DNA from: Thiotrichales bacterium
GTDB lineage: Bacteria > Pseudomonadota > Gammaproteobacteria > Beggiatoales > Beggiatoaceae
Direction: 5' to 3'
Length of the DNA stretch: 64,000 bases
Assembly: GCA_016745035.1 (NCBI GenBank)
Contig: JADGDE010000005.1
Span: 29,032 to 93,031 of the forward strand
The notes under the pieces: model-generated
Told to the model about the DNA's origin: nothing
What the model saw: the letters and a program-made list of their open reading frames with translations, nothing else
The model's database searches: none
In this document: in pieces, positions 1 through 11,364 of the stretch
Layout of the letters: every line of letters begins with the position of its first letter
Position numbering within the stretch: position 1 is the stretch's first letter
Program-made: the position numbers and the translations under genes

Positions 1-1
1 T

Positions 2-1396
2 TCCAGTTTTGGCAGTATTTTTGTCAATGACATTGAATATGATACCGACAATGCTGAGATTTTTATTAATGGCGAAGTTGGCAGCATTGAACAACTCAAA
101 CTGGGCATGTATGTCGATGTTTTTGGCCCTCAAGATGTCGCAACGGCAACAGGCACAGCAAAGCGAGTTGAATATCGTGATATTTTACGCGGCCCGATTA
201 AATACATTAATGAAGATGCCAGCTTTATTCGTTTATTAGGTTTGGGTGTGCGTTTAAGTGACAAAACCCAAATTTATGGGGTGGAATCAGCACAAGCCTT
301 AAAAGTCGGGGATGTGATACGTATCAGTAGTTCGGCTTTAACAGCCGCTCCTAGCTCTGATGTTGAGGTGAGTTTCTTAGAGTATTTACCACAAGCACCT
401 GAACAAAGGTTAGTTATTGGTGCGCTGGTAAACTTAGATACCCGTGCTAAAACATTCTTTATTGGCGGACAACGCTTTACTTATACCCAAGCAAGCCATT
501 TGCCGACAACATTAGAAAATCATATGCTGGTTGAAGTCTTGGCACGTACTAACCCGACTCCGGGGGCTTTATTGGTTGATGAAATCAAAGAAGTTGTACC
601 TACCCCCTTAGCTGCCAATAGTTTTGTTCAAATTGATGGGCGCATTACCCGCTATCAAAGTATTGATGATTTTGATGTGCAATACCGCCCTGCACGTTTA
701 TCCGCAAGTTTGACTGCCAGTTTAGAAAAACCGTTGAAAGAAGGTATCGTGGTTTATATCACCGGTTATAGCAATGATGAAGGCATTATTATCATTGACA
801 GTTTGAAAACAAGTGATATACCGCCGCCATTGCAAGATATGAATCAATCAATGCTGCGTACCGCAGGACCGCTATTACACATCAATGCCCCCAACAAAAT
901 CAATATTTTCGGGGTTAATGGTTTGCTTACCGATAATACCGTCTATATCGATGTGGGCGGTAATCAAAACTATGGTTTTGCTGATTTACGCACCGGTGCA
1001 TATCATGGCATGTCAGGGAAATTTAATCCCGCTGGGGAATTTGAAATATGGGCATTACACCGTCTGGTATTTTCACCACCAGAGCGTCGGCAACTACAAG
1101 GCCCTTTTGCTGTCATCGACAGTGCTAACCAACAATTACAAGTGTTGGGTGTGGATGTGATCAGCGCAGCAGAAACGACATATTTTGATGTCTCTGCTTT
1201 AAATGATTTTAAGCTCTCTCCACCAGGGCCACCCCTGCTTGCTCCTAAAGAAACGGAGATCAATGCCGCTGCATTTTTTAATCAACTAAAGGCTCTACCC
1301 AACCATATTTTATTTGCAACGGGTAAAGGGGAAGGGGGCACTTTGGTGGCAAAAGAATTAATTTTATTGCCGTTTAAAATCCCCTTAAAACCTTAG
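2..1396 (+). CDS. 5'-truncated repeat protein of unknown function; the frame is open to the window edge and the ORF-track Met is at 107
   Basis: Frame 2 is open from nt 2. The protein repeats low-complexity beta-strand-like modules (FVNDIEYDTDN..., FFIGGQRFTYTQ..., VQIDGRITRYQS...) that resemble DUF5666-type repeats. No catalytic motif is recognisable. Confidence 0.45.
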   Translation, partial: SSFGSIFVNDIEYDTDNAEIFINGEVGSIEQLKLGMYVDVFGPQDVATATGTAKRVEYRDILRGPIKYINEDASFIRLLGLGVRLSDKTQIYGVESAQALKVGDVIRISSSALTAAPSSDVEVSFLEYLPQAPEQRLVIGALVNLDTRAKTFFIGGQRFTYTQASHLPTTLENHMLVEVLARTNPTPGALLVDEIKEVVPTPLAANSFVQIDGRITRYQSIDDFDVQYRPARLSASLTASLEKPLKEGIVVYITGYSNDEGIIIIDSLKTSDIPPPLQDMNQSMLRTAGPLLHINAPNKINIFGVNGLLTDNTVYIDVGGNQNYGFADLRTGAYHGMSGKFNPAGEFEIWALHRLVFSPPERRQLQGPFAVIDSANQQLQVLGVDVISAAETTYFDVSALNDFKLSPPGPPLLAPKETEINAAAFFNQLKALPNHILFATGKGEGGTLVAKELILLPFKIPLKP

Positions 1397-1419
1397 ACTG
1401 AATAGCGAGCTTAATCGAG

Positions 1420-3936
1420 TTATAATAGCTCACGTAATTGGTATAGTGTTGCCAACGCTTGCCTTGGGGTTAAATTATCTACATCGACATGGGCTAGCGC
1501 TTCGATTACTGGATGTGGCTCATCAGGACGACTGAGATCCAGTTGCGGCTGTTCGGCGGCAAAGGTTTGTTGTTGTGCTGCTAATTGCTTGAGTTTTTGT
1601 TGCGCCCGTTCGATGACCCGAAAAGGCACCCCTGCCAGTTGCGCGACTTGAATCCCATAGCTGCGGCTGGCTGCCCCGGTTTTGACCTGATGCAAAAAAA
1701 TCAATTGCTCGCTTTGCTCTTCCGCGTCGAGATGAACATTACACATATTCTTATCTTGTTCGGCTAATTGCGTCAGCTCAAAATAATGGGTGGCAAACAG
1801 GGTATAACTGCGGTTGAATTGTGATAAACGTTCAGCACAACTCCAAGCCAAAGACAAACCATCTAGGGTGCTAGTGCCGCGCCCCACTTCATCCATTAAG
1901 ACTAAACTATGTTCAGTGGCATTGTGAAGAATATTCGCCGTTTCGGTCATTTCGACCATAAACGTTGAGCGTCCGCTAGAGACATCATCCCCCGCGCCGA
2001 TACGGGTAAAAATCCGATCCACAGGGCCAATAGTCGCAGCTTGCGCGGGTACAAAACTACCGATATGGGCTAATAAAATAATCAAGGCAATCTGGCGCAT
2101 AAATACCGATTTGCCTGCCATGTTTGCCCCTGTGATTAATAACATCCGTTGCTGGTCATCAAGGTGTAAATCATTAGCGGTAAATTCGGCATCCAGATGC
2201 GCTTCAACCACCGGATGCCGCCCGCCTTGAATGACAATACCACTGTCTTCACTAAAGCTCGGGCGGTTTAGCTGATGTTTATCCGCACAATGAGCCAAAT
2301 TGGCTAAAACATCCAATTCAGCCAAAGCACTGGCACAGGCTTGCAGGCTGGCAAGTTCATTGATTAGCTGTTGTAATAAATCATCATAGAGTTGCCGCTC
2401 GCGGGCAAGCGCGCGTTCTTTGGCGCTGAGAATTTGATCTTCAAAGCGTTTTAACTCGGGAGTGATATAACGCTCTGCGGCTTTGAGGGTTTGGCGGCGC
2501 TGATAGTCTTCGGGTACTTGGGTGGCTTGTTGGCGGCTAATTTCGATGTAATAGCCATGCACGCGATTAAAACCGACTTTCAAGGTGCTCATGCCCGTGC
2601 GTTCTTTTTCGCGCAGCTCTAGTTCGGTTAAAAAATTGCCGACATGCTGGCTTAATCCGCGCAATTCGTCCAAGGTTTCATCATAGCCATCGGCAATCAC
2701 ATCACCATCACGAATCAATTGCGAGGGGGTATCTGAAATTGCCGTTTCAAGTAAATGTTGTAAGGCTTCCAGACCACCAAGGGCTTGGGCAAGGTTTTGG
2801 ATATAAATCACCGGACAACGACTGAGAGCTGGATAAAGTTTCGGCAATTGTTGCAAGCTAAAGCGCAGTTGTAGTAAGTCACGCGGGCGCGCTGAACGCA
2901 AGGCAACACGGCTTAAAATCCGTTCCATATCGCCGATGGATTCAAGGTGCAAGGGCGCAGTTAAAAAGTATTCGATGCTGTTAAGACGCTGATTTAATAA
3001 AGCCCGTTTGCGCAAAGGTCGATGTAACCAGCGTTTGAGCAAACGACTGCCCATAGGGGTATGGCAACTATCGAATAAGTCCCAAAGATTATGCCCTTTT
3101 TGCCCCGAGAGGCTTTGGTCGATTTCGAGGTTTTTGCGGCTGATGGCATCGAGTATCACACCATCGCTGCGCTGTTCCAATTGTAAGCCTTGCAAGTGCG
3201 GCAAGGCGGCTTTTTGGGTTTCTTGCACATATTGTAAAAGGCAACCGGCGGCGGCAATGGCAGCGGGCAAATCGGCACAGCCAAAACCTTGTAAATCTTG
3301 GACGCTAAATTGGCGCGTTAGACTGTGGGTGGCTTGTTCGGCATCAAAATGCCACGCAGGACGCTTGGTGCAGAGATAATCATTTAAGGGCAGTTGATTG
3401 TCTTCGTGGATGAGTAATTCCGCTGGACTCAGGCGCGCCAGCTCCGTGGTGAGGGCATGTTCATCTTCAAGCTGCATCAAGGCAAAGCGCCCCGCTGATA
3501 AATCCATATAAGCCAAGCCAATGGCTTGTTGGTATAAGACCACCGCCGCGAGTAAATTATCTTGGCGGGCGTTTAATAGCGCCTCGTCGGTTAAGGTCCC
3601 TGGGGTAATCACCCGCGTGACTTGGCGCTCAACCGGGCCTTTGCTGGTGCTAGGGTCGCCGATTTGTTCACAAATGGCAACCGATTCGCCGAGTTTGACC
3701 AATTTGACCAGATAGTTTTCTACCGCATGATAAGGCACACCTGCCATTGGGATGGGATCGCCGCCGCTTTTGCCCCGTGCAGTGAGGGTTATGTCTAAGA
3801 GTTTCGCCGCCCGTTCGGCATCGGCATAAAACAACTCATAAAAATCCCCCATGCGATAAAACAAAAGTATTTCAGGATATTGCGCTTTGAGATGCAAATA
3901 CTGCTGCATCATTGGGGTGTGTTGGGTTTTTGCCAT
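1420..3936 (-). CDS. mutS: DNA mismatch repair protein MutS
   Basis: 838 aa with a Walker A motif (GANMAGKS), the [13 protein letters not shown] motif and the conserved N-terminal mismatch-binding region ([12 protein letters not shown]). Confidence 0.95.
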   Translation of the reverse strand: MAKTQHTPMMQQYLHLKAQYPEILLFYRMGDFYELFYADAERAAKLLDITLTARGKSGGDPIPMAGVPYHAVENYLVKLVKLGESVAICEQIGDPSTSKGPVERQVTRVITPGTLTDEALLNARQDNLLAAVVLYQQAIGLAYMDLSAGRFALMQLEDEHALTTELARLSPAELLIHEDNQLPLNDYLCTKRPAWHFDAEQATHSLTRQFSVQDLQGFGCADLPAAIAAAGCLLQYVQETQKAALPHLQGLQLEQRSDGVILDAISRKNLEIDQSLSGQKGHNLWDLFDSCHTPMGSRLLKRWLHRPLRKRALLNQRLNSIEYFLTAPLHLESIGDMERILSRVALRSARPRDLLQLRFSLQQLPKLYPALSRCPVIYIQNLAQALGGLEALQHLLETAISDTPSQLIRDGDVIADGYDETLDELRGLSQHVGNFLTELELREKERTGMSTLKVGFNRVHGYYIEISRQQATQVPEDYQRRQTLKAAERYITPELKRFEDQILSAKERALARERQLYDDLLQQLINELASLQACASALAELDVLANLAHCADKHQLNRPSFSEDSGIVIQGGRHPVVEAHLDAEFTANDLHLDDQQRMLLITGANMAGKSVFMRQIALIILLAHIGSFVPAQAATIGPVDRIFTRIGAGDDVSSGRSTFMVEMTETANILHNATEHSLVLMDEVGRGTSTLDGLSLAWSCAERLSQFNRSYTLFATHYFELTQLAEQDKNMCNVHLDAEEQSEQLIFLHQVKTGAASRSYGIQVAQLAGVPFRVIERAQQKLKQLAAQQQTFAAEQPQLDLSRPDEPHPVIEALAHVDVDNLTPRQALATLYQLRELL

Positions 3937-3978
3937 TATTGTTATACAACTCTAAACCAGTTAGGAACGGGGGGGTAT

Positions 3979-5058
3979 TTATGCGGCAGCGGCTTCTTTG
4001 CGTTGCACTTCATCCAAGGTCGAAATCCCCATTTCAGCATCAATATTGGGATAACCTTGCTCGTGTAAATGTGCTAAAATTTCGCTAAGTAGGCCGCGTA
4101 AACGCTCAGCATTGTTGATACTGGCACCGGGGGCAAGTAAAGCGAATTGATCATTGCTGAAATAATAAAGCATATCGGCGGCACGGAATTGTTTGCGCGC
4201 TAATTTGGCAAAGTCGCGAATCAGTTGATGATAGGCTTCTTCCCCCGCTTCAGCCCGAAAGGCATCAATATTTTGTAAATGAATAAAGGCGATGGTTAAA
4301 TCGGTTAAACGCCCTTCGCTAAAGACCTTGGTAAATTGGGTACTGTCACGGTCAAAAGCCGCGCGCGTGCCAAAACCTGTGAGTATATCGGTATAGCCCT
4401 CGTCATCTTCATCGGGTTGGCGGTCTTGAATCAAGACATCGTAAAATTCACGCTCGATTTGCACTTGTTGCACCATAGTTTGATACAAATAGCGCAGCAT
4501 CCAAATGCCTGTCCCTGCCACAGCGATCAAGGTAAATAGATATTGTGACCAGATAATCCAAGGCATATCGGCAAAAGAGCCTTGTAAGAAAATGGGAATA
4601 AATAAGCCCCAACTACACAAGGTGAGCAATAACATCCAAGCAATCAATGCTGGATTACAACTGATAAAGCTCAACGCTAGTAAAAATAAATAGGGTAAAA
4701 AACTCTGTCCCATATCAAAGCTATTTAGCCCCAACAAGCCAAGTTCTGGGCGATATAAAACCGCAAAACTGACCACAAATACATCGGCGATATAAAGCAC
4801 ATAAGCGTGCCATTGGCGATAATAGGCACTGTCACTGATAATAAAGTAAACCAGTCCGATGCCAATGAAGACACTGACCAAGGCGAGAAAATAAAAAAAT
4901 TCGCGATTACTGGGCGTGAAAATAAACATCCACAGCGCCAAAAATAACGCGCCTAAGGTGCGGACAATAATCGAATGACGCAAGCCTTTGTTTTGTAACT
5001 TAATGAAAACGTCGAGTAAATAATCTTCGTCAGATAATTGGAATAACTGTTTGAGCAT
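3979..5058 (-). CDS. Multi-pass membrane protein with a degenerate C-terminal GGDEF-like domain
   Basis: The N-terminal ~200 aa hold about 6 hydrophobic helices. The C-terminus has a DILTGFGTRAAF start typical of GGDEF domains, but the GG[DE]EF site is replaced by YFSNDQF, so it is probably inactive. Confidence 0.55.
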   Translation of the reverse strand: MLKQLFQLSDEDYLLDVFIKLQNKGLRHSIIVRTLGALFLALWMFIFTPSNREFFYFLALVSVFIGIGLVYFIISDSAYYRQWHAYVLYIADVFVVSFAVLYRPELGLLGLNSFDMGQSFLPYLFLLALSFISCNPALIAWMLLLTLCSWGLFIPIFLQGSFADMPWIIWSQYLFTLIAVAGTGIWMLRYLYQTMVQQVQIEREFYDVLIQDRQPDEDDEGYTDILTGFGTRAAFDRDSTQFTKVFSEGRLTDLTIAFIHLQNIDAFRAEAGEEAYHQLIRDFAKLARKQFRAADMLYYFSNDQFALLAPGASINNAERLRGLLSEILAHLHEQGYPNIDAEMGISTLDEVQRKEAAAA

Positions 5059-5232
5059 GGTGGCAAGCGCTATAGAGGGTCGATGATTAAAAAATTCTAT
5101 CTTGAACCGAGGGAAAAGATCAAATGATTTAGCTCATTTTGCTTGTTGAGTCAGACAAAAAACAAGCCTTTAGTTTGCGCCTCGGCTATAATCCTTGCTT
5201 TGATAATTATTCTCAAGCAAGGAATCAAATCA

Positions 5233-6012
5233 ATGGGTTTTTTAACTGGAAAAAAATTCCTCATCACCGGTCTGGCTAGTGAACGCTCTATTTCTTGGGG
5301 GGTAGCGCAAGCGATGCAACGCGAGGGCGCTGAGCTGGCTTTAACCTATCAAACCGAAAAACTGCGCCCACGGGTAGAAAAACTAGCAGAAAAATGTGGG
5401 GCGAATATCGTCTTACCTTGTGATGTTTCCGCCGACGAGGAAATTAACGGCTTATTCGATAAACTCGGCAACAGTTGGACAGAACTTGACGGCGTGATCC
5501 ATGCCATTGCCTTTGTTAATCGACGCGCTTTAGAAGGCGATTATGTCGAAAATACCTCGCGTAAAGATTTTAATGTTGCCCACGAAATCAGCTCTTATAG
5601 CTTCACCGCCTTAGCGCGCGCTGGACGGGAAATGATGCAAGGGCGTGGCGCGATGGTGACCATGAGTTATTTGGGCGCAGAACGGGCGATGCCGAACTAC
5701 AACGTCATGGGCGTTGCCAAAGCCAGCTTAGAAGCCAATGTCCGCTATATGGCAAATAGCCTCGGCCCTGATGGCATTCGTGTCAACGCCGTCTCCGCAG
5801 GTCCTATCCGTACCCTCGCGGCTTCAGGTATCACTGACTTTAAGAAAATGATCGACGAAGTGGAAAAAAATGCCCCCATGCGTCGTAATGTCACCATTGA
5901 AGATGTCGGCAATACCACCGCCTTTTTATGCTCAGACTTAGCTGCGGGTATCACAGGGGAAGTCTTGTATGTTGACAGTGGTTATCACATTTTGGGTATG
6001 AATCCGCTCTAA
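5233..6012 (+). CDS. fabI: Enoyl-[acyl-carrier-protein] reductase (NADH), FabI
   Basis: [20 protein letters not shown]...AELALTYQ is collinear with E. coli FabI. An AGGA ribosome-binding site lies 9 nt upstream of the ATG at 5233. The ORF track begins earlier at 5143. Confidence 0.9.
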   Translation: MGFLTGKKFLITGLASERSISWGVAQAMQREGAELALTYQTEKLRPRVEKLAEKCGANIVLPCDVSADEEINGLFDKLGNSWTELDGVIHAIAFVNRRALEGDYVENTSRKDFNVAHEISSYSFTALARAGREMMQGRGAMVTMSYLGAERAMPNYNVMGVAKASLEANVRYMANSLGPDGIRVNAVSAGPIRTLAASGITDFKKMIDEVEKNAPMRRNVTIEDVGNTTAFLCSDLAAGITGEVLYVDSGYHILGMNPL

Positions 6013-6103
6013 TGCACGATTGAGCGCAGATGCACGCGGATAAACGCTGATTGTGGCGTTTATCCGCATTCTGAATCATGCCTATTTCTCCCCAGAGATG
6101 CTT

Positions 6104-8530
6104 ATGAAACCTCTCCTCAAAGGACTGTTTATTTTCGTTGGGCTATTAGCCTTGGTTATCATTGCTTTTTTATGGTGGTTTAATCCCAACAGTTATAAGC
6201 CAGAGTTGAACCAAGCCTTATCCGAGAAGCTTGGGCGTGAGGTGAATATTGTCGGCACAATTGACTGGTCATTTTATCCGTGGCTGGGTTTAACTATTGG
6301 TCGCACCGAGGTGGCACAAGCACCAGGTTTTGATATAAAAAAACAAGATAGCGATTTTGCTCCGGCGCATTTTGCCCATTATCGCAAGGTCAGTGTTCAA
6401 GTTAAATTATTGCCCTTGTTAAAGCAGCGCTTTGAAGTCGGAGATATTTTAGTCACAGGCGCGATGTTAAATTTACAGCGTTATGCTGATGGCAGTAATA
6501 ATTGGCAAGATTTATTAGCAAAAACCACTCCCGCAGAAAAGCCCACGACAAGCACTGCCGAACCAGAAAAAAAGTCCGCCTATCAATGGCAATTATCACG
6601 TTTATTTTTCCAGCAAGCGGAGGTATTTTGGCAAGATCATGTCGAGACCAAACGCCATTTACGGCTGCAAGATTTTAATTTAGAAACCAGTGTTTTAGAT
6701 TTCAAACAAGCGATTAGCCTGCAAGCTGATGCCAAGATTGATGATAATCAACATCTCAATGCCGACTTACATTTTAAGACCCAACTGCGGGCAGATTTAC
6801 CTCGTGGGCGCTGGACATTAAATAACACACAAGTACAAATCCGTGGGCAAGAGCAAGTCGTGTTGCCACAAACACAATCATTGGATTGGCAATTACCCAA
6901 AATTCAATATCAAGCACCGCATTTAGCCGTAGATGCCAGTGTCTTAACCATCAATCAATTACCGATTCAAATCAGTGATCTCATCGGTGAATTTAGTGCC
7001 GAAGAAGGCTTATTGAAAGCGGTCAAACTCGATATGGCTGGGGTTAAAAGCGAATTTGATTGGCGTTTTCAAGCCGGACAGGCATGGCAAAGCCATGTGG
7101 TCATCGACAGTTTTGACCCGCGCCCTTTATTCAAACACTTTCAAGTGCTGCAAGCCGTGCCAACGCATTTGCTCAGCAGCTTAGGGGCGCGCTTTGATAT
7201 AGATGCCGATAAAACCGGGCTAGGGATTTATAATCTCAGTTTAAATCTGGGCGAACAACAACTCAAAGCCGATAAACTCCACTGGCAAAGCGCGGACAAA
7301 CGCTTGGATATTGTCGCAGCTTTGAAACTCAATGGCATTGAACTGGATATTCAGGCACAAGCCGAGGCTCAAGGACAAATCGAGGGCACACTCCGTAGCC
7401 AGCCCTTTAACCCCAAAGCCTTGTTAGCTGATTGGGGTATCGCTCTACCAAACACAGCTAATCCCGAAGCCCTGAGCCTTGGGCAATGGTCAAGCCGTTT
7501 TTATTGGCATCAACAACAATTGCAACTCAGTGATATTAATGCCCGTTTGGATGGCAGCCAGTTACAAGGGCTATTAAGCCTCAACTTAAACCAAGCCCAT
7601 ATCCAAGCGCAATTACAGACCGATAAACTCAATATCAGTGATTATCTCCCCCCTAGCGTAGCAAAACAAAGCCGAGCTTATGATTTTTATCCGGTCGCAC
7701 AAGCAGCAGCGCCAACCTTATTGCCCACGTGGTTATCACAATGGCAAGGACAAGGGCAGTTAGACATTGGTGAATTACACTATCAACAATTGCAATGCCA
7801 GCAGTTGCAACTGCCGTTTAACAGTGATGGCAAACGTTTGTTATTAACCCCCAGCGCTAAACTTTATGAGGGCGAGTTGAGCGCCAGCATTGTGCTAGTA
7901 CCCGATAGCAACGCGCCTAAACTGATGTTACACACCGACTTAAAAGCCGTGAATCTTGAGCCTTTATTTGCCGCATGGACACAGCAAGACAGCCGCATTC
8001 GTGGACATGGACATATTGTTGCTGACCTAAGTGCTAATCTACAAACAGCGCAAAGCTTAGAGCAAAGCCTCAACGGCACGCTTAAAGTTAATGTCGATGA
8101 TGGCGCGCTACGAGGCATCGATTTGCTCTACCAAATTGATAATTTTAGAGCCTTATTAAAACACGCACCCGCCCCTGATTACCCCGATAGCAAAGAAACC
8201 GCCTTTGATAACTTGCAAGGACAATTTCAATTACAACAACAAAACCTGCATACGGACGCATTGCAAGTCAGCAGCAAGCGCTTAAATTTTAGCGCCACAG
8301 GTGATATGAACTTACAAAGCCGTGCCTTGGATTATCAAATTCAAGCACGTTTTTCTGAGGATAAATTGATTGGCGCGCGTAGCATCAATATTCCTGTACA
8401 AATTACTGGCAGCTTGGATGCACCCAAACCTAAAATTGATTTGAAAAACTTGATTAGCACCCAAGATCAAGCATGGAAAGATAAACTTAAACAAAAAGCG
8501 CGAGAAAAGCTGCGCAAGTGGTTTGACTAA
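6104..8530 (+). CDS. AsmA-family outer-membrane biogenesis protein
   Basis: N-terminal signal anchor (MKPLLKGLFIFVGLLALVIIAF) followed by an ~800-aa Q-rich beta-rich body typical of the AsmA/TamB-like family. The start is chosen at the internal Met; the ORF opens at 6053. Confidence 0.75.
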   Translation: MKPLLKGLFIFVGLLALVIIAFLWWFNPNSYKPELNQALSEKLGREVNIVGTIDWSFYPWLGLTIGRTEVAQAPGFDIKKQDSDFAPAHFAHYRKVSVQVKLLPLLKQRFEVGDILVTGAMLNLQRYADGSNNWQDLLAKTTPAEKPTTSTAEPEKKSAYQWQLSRLFFQQAEVFWQDHVETKRHLRLQDFNLETSVLDFKQAISLQADAKIDDNQHLNADLHFKTQLRADLPRGRWTLNNTQVQIRGQEQVVLPQTQSLDWQLPKIQYQAPHLAVDASVLTINQLPIQISDLIGEFSAEEGLLKAVKLDMAGVKSEFDWRFQAGQAWQSHVVIDSFDPRPLFKHFQVLQAVPTHLLSSLGARFDIDADKTGLGIYNLSLNLGEQQLKADKLHWQSADKRLDIVAALKLNGIELDIQAQAEAQGQIEGTLRSQPFNPKALLADWGIALPNTANPEALSLGQWSSRFYWHQQQLQLSDINARLDGSQLQGLLSLNLNQAHIQAQLQTDKLNISDYLPPSVAKQSRAYDFYPVAQAAAPTLLPTWLSQWQGQGQLDIGELHYQQLQCQQLQLPFNSDGKRLLLTPSAKLYEGELSASIVLVPDSNAPKLMLHTDLKAVNLEPLFAAWTQQDSRIRGHGHIVADLSANLQTAQSLEQSLNGTLKVNVDDGALRGIDLLYQIDNFRALLKHAPAPDYPDSKETAFDNLQGQFQLQQQNLHTDALQVSSKRLNFSATGDMNLQSRALDYQIQARFSEDKLIGARSINIPVQITGSLDAPKPKIDLKNLISTQDQAWKDKLKQKAREKLRKWFD

Positions 8531-8566
8531 CTCCCCGCGCAGTAACAACCGCAAGCCCTGTTAGGT

Positions 8567-11176
8567 ATGCACTTGAATACAAACGATATCGAATATTTCG
8601 AGATTTTCCCTTGGAATCAAAATTTTGAGACTGGTATAGCGATTGTCGATGAGCAGCACAAACGTTTGGTTGAGATTCTCAATGGGCTAGCCGCCCATTT
8701 AGCCAATTGCGCTAATTTAAGCACCTTGAATGACATCTTTGCCGAACTCGCCGATTATGCCGATTATCATTTCAAAACCGAAGAGCAAGTGTGGGCTGAG
8801 TATTTAGAGGGCGATACGTGGTATATCAGCCATCAAGAAACCCATACCAGTTTTATGGATGAAGTGGTGCGCCTGAAACAAGAAGAGGGCAAAAAACCTT
8901 TCGATGAGGTGATTCAAAATATCGTCTCCTTTTTATCCCACTGGCTTGCCTACCATATTTTAGATACCGACAAACGCATGGCAAAAATGCTCCAAGCCAT
9001 GCAAGCGGGTAAAGACCGTGAGGCGGCAAGAAACCAAGCCAATGCCGAAATGAACGGGGCGATGCGCCTGCTCATCGATACGGTACTGAAAATGTATGAC
9101 AGCCTTTCAACTCGCTCTATGGCCTTGATGCGTGAAAAAACTTTACGCAAACAAGCTGAGGCAAAACTCTTAAATAGTGAAGCGCGTTGGCGGTTTATTT
9201 TGGAGAGCAATCGCGAAAATGTTTGGGATTGGGATATTTCAAATGACCAACTCGATTTTTCTGAAACCCATATTTTTAATGTTGTCGGTCTACAAGAAGA
9301 CAACGAACCTAGCAAACCCCACATTCACCCTCAAGATATGCCCACCGTAAGAGCAGAAATTCAAAAACATTTTCGGGGTGAATCAGATTTTTTTTCCACT
9401 AAGTATCGGGTTTTAGGTGCGCATGGGGGCTGGTCATGGCGCTTAAGCCGAGGCAAAGTTGTTAGCTGGGGTAACGAAGGTCAACCCTTGCGCATGGTCG
9501 GCACGCAAACCGATATTACCGAGCGTGAACTGGCAGCGTTGATTTATCGCCACAGCAGCCAAGCGATGTTTATTACCGATATTGATAATCGTATTGCCAG
9601 CATTAATGCGGCTTTTAGCCAAATCACGGGCTACGAGCAAGCGGATGTGATTGGCAAAAGCCCGCAAGTGTTAGTCTCTGAACAACACAATGACCATTTT
9701 TGCCAATATTTATGGGCAGCAGTACAAAAAACTGGCTCTTGGCAAGGGGAGATGAGCTATCAACGTAAAAATGGGGACATCTATCCAGCCGTACTCAATG
9801 TGAATACGATTAATAATGCAAAAGGCAATATCGACCATTACATTGTTTTGTTTTCCGACATCAGTGAAAAAAAACAAGCCGATGATTTGATCTTAAAACA
9901 AGCTTATTACGACCCTTTAACCAAGTTGCCTAATCGGCGTATGTTTCAAGAGCGTTTGCAACATGAAATCAAAAGAACCCGTCGTTCCCAATTGCCTTTT
10001 GCACTTTTATACATTGATTTAGATGATTTTAAAGATGTCAATGACAGCCTTGGACATGCCATTGGTGATCAATTACTGATTGAAGCGGCTAAACGTATTA
10101 GTCAGGTGGTACGTCAAACCGATGATATTTCCCATATTGGTGGCGATGAGTTCACTATTATTGTCTCTGATTTACAAGATGCTGTTGGCATAGATAGGGT
10201 CAGCAATGATGTGATTGCCATTCTCAGCAAACCTTTTTTATTGGCAGGCAACCACATTTATATCTCAGCGAGTATCGGCATTACGTTATATCCCGATGAT
10301 GCTGATAATGCGACAGAATTGTTAAAAAACGCCGACCAAGCCATGTATTTAGCCAAACAAAACGGTCGCAGCGGCTTTCAGTTTTTTACCCCTTCTATGC
10401 AAGCGTCGATGCAACATCGACAACAGATGCTCAGTGACTTACGTCTAGCGATCGAGCAGCAACAATTTGAATTGTATTATCAGCCCATTGTTAATACTGA
10501 CTCTGGAAAAATTGAAAAAGCCGAGGCACTGATTCGCTGGAATCATCCTGACAAAGGCATGATTTATCCCGATGAATTTATTGCGCTTGCAGAGGAGTCG
10601 GGCTTAATTTTAGAAATGGGTTTATGGTTGTTTGAAGAAGTCTGCCGCCATCTGCAACAATGGCGCTTGCAGGGCTATGAGATTCAAATCAGCATCAATA
10701 TCTCGCCGTTACAATTTAAGTCCAAGGATAATATTCAGGCTTTGTTATTAAACTTACAAAGACACAATATTCCCACCACTGCCTGCGTGGTTGAAATTAC
10801 CGAAAACCTATTAATGAGTGCCGAAGGCTCAGTTACCGAGCAACTTGCCCTATTACAAAACCAAGGGATTACGGTGGCACTGGATGATTTTGGTACAGGT
10901 TATTCGTCGCTATCGTATATCAAAAAATTTCAGATCGATTACCTTAAAATTGATAAATCCTTTGTCTGTGATTTGCCCGATGATGAGCAAGATAAAGTCT
11001 TATGCGAAGCCATTATTGTGATGGCGAAAAAAATGAATATTCGGGTGATTGCCGAGGGTGTAGAAACACAAGCACAGCAACAATTGCTTACAACTATGGG
11101 GTGTGATTATGTTCAGGGCTATTACCACGCCAAACCATTGAATGTCGCCGCCTTTGACACACTGCTATTGAACTGA
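8567..11176 (+). CDS. Hemerythrin-PAS-PAS-GGDEF-EAL c-di-GMP signalling protein
   Basis: N-terminal bacteriohemerythrin His/Glu ligand pattern (DEQHKRLVEILN...HF..EE...H), a coiled coil, two PAS-like segments, an intact GGDEF motif (HIGGDEFTII) and an EAL motif (EALIRWNHP...DDFGTGYSSL). Confidence 0.85.
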   Translation: MHLNTNDIEYFEIFPWNQNFETGIAIVDEQHKRLVEILNGLAAHLANCANLSTLNDIFAELADYADYHFKTEEQVWAEYLEGDTWYISHQETHTSFMDEVVRLKQEEGKKPFDEVIQNIVSFLSHWLAYHILDTDKRMAKMLQAMQAGKDREAARNQANAEMNGAMRLLIDTVLKMYDSLSTRSMALMREKTLRKQAEAKLLNSEARWRFILESNRENVWDWDISNDQLDFSETHIFNVVGLQEDNEPSKPHIHPQDMPTVRAEIQKHFRGESDFFSTKYRVLGAHGGWSWRLSRGKVVSWGNEGQPLRMVGTQTDITERELAALIYRHSSQAMFITDIDNRIASINAAFSQITGYEQADVIGKSPQVLVSEQHNDHFCQYLWAAVQKTGSWQGEMSYQRKNGDIYPAVLNVNTINNAKGNIDHYIVLFSDISEKKQADDLILKQAYYDPLTKLPNRRMFQERLQHEIKRTRRSQLPFALLYIDLDDFKDVNDSLGHAIGDQLLIEAAKRISQVVRQTDDISHIGGDEFTIIVSDLQDAVGIDRVSNDVIAILSKPFLLAGNHIYISASIGITLYPDDADNATELLKNADQAMYLAKQNGRSGFQFFTPSMQASMQHRQQMLSDLRLAIEQQQFELYYQPIVNTDSGKIEKAEALIRWNHPDKGMIYPDEFIALAEESGLILEMGLWLFEEVCRHLQQWRLQGYEIQISINISPLQFKSKDNIQALLLNLQRHNIPTTACVVEITENLLMSAEGSVTEQLALLQNQGITVALDDFGTGYSSLSYIKKFQIDYLKIDKSFVCDLPDDEQDKVLCEAIIVMAKKMNIRVIAEGVETQAQQQLLTTMGCDYVQGYYHAKPLNVAAFDTLLLN

Positions 11177-11236
11177 TGTACGCCAAGGCTAAACCCAGCA
11201 TATTGAGGTAAAAACAGGCTTAGTGCGCACATCAGT
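11172..11236. repeat. MITE-like element, family A, short copy
   Basis: Inverted termini ACTGATGTACGCC...GCGCACATCAGT. The internal AAAAACAGGCTTAGTGCG block is shared with the copies at 43275, 57434, 54575 and 23489. The left terminal repeat overlaps the TGA stop of the upstream gene. Confidence 0.5.
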
Positions 11237-11364
11237 ATTGAATTAAAGCTAAGCAGATCAACACAGTTCAGTCCTGAGCTTATGTTAGACTAACGCGGAT
11301 ACGGTGATGCAAACGTTTGGCATGGCCGTGATCATATTCGCCGATATTAACGAACTGCCCTGCT

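Noticed and set aside
9-239. 76-aa ORF at the window start
   Set aside because: It overlaps, in another frame, a longer ORF that is open to the window edge (2-1396). It has no recognisable features.
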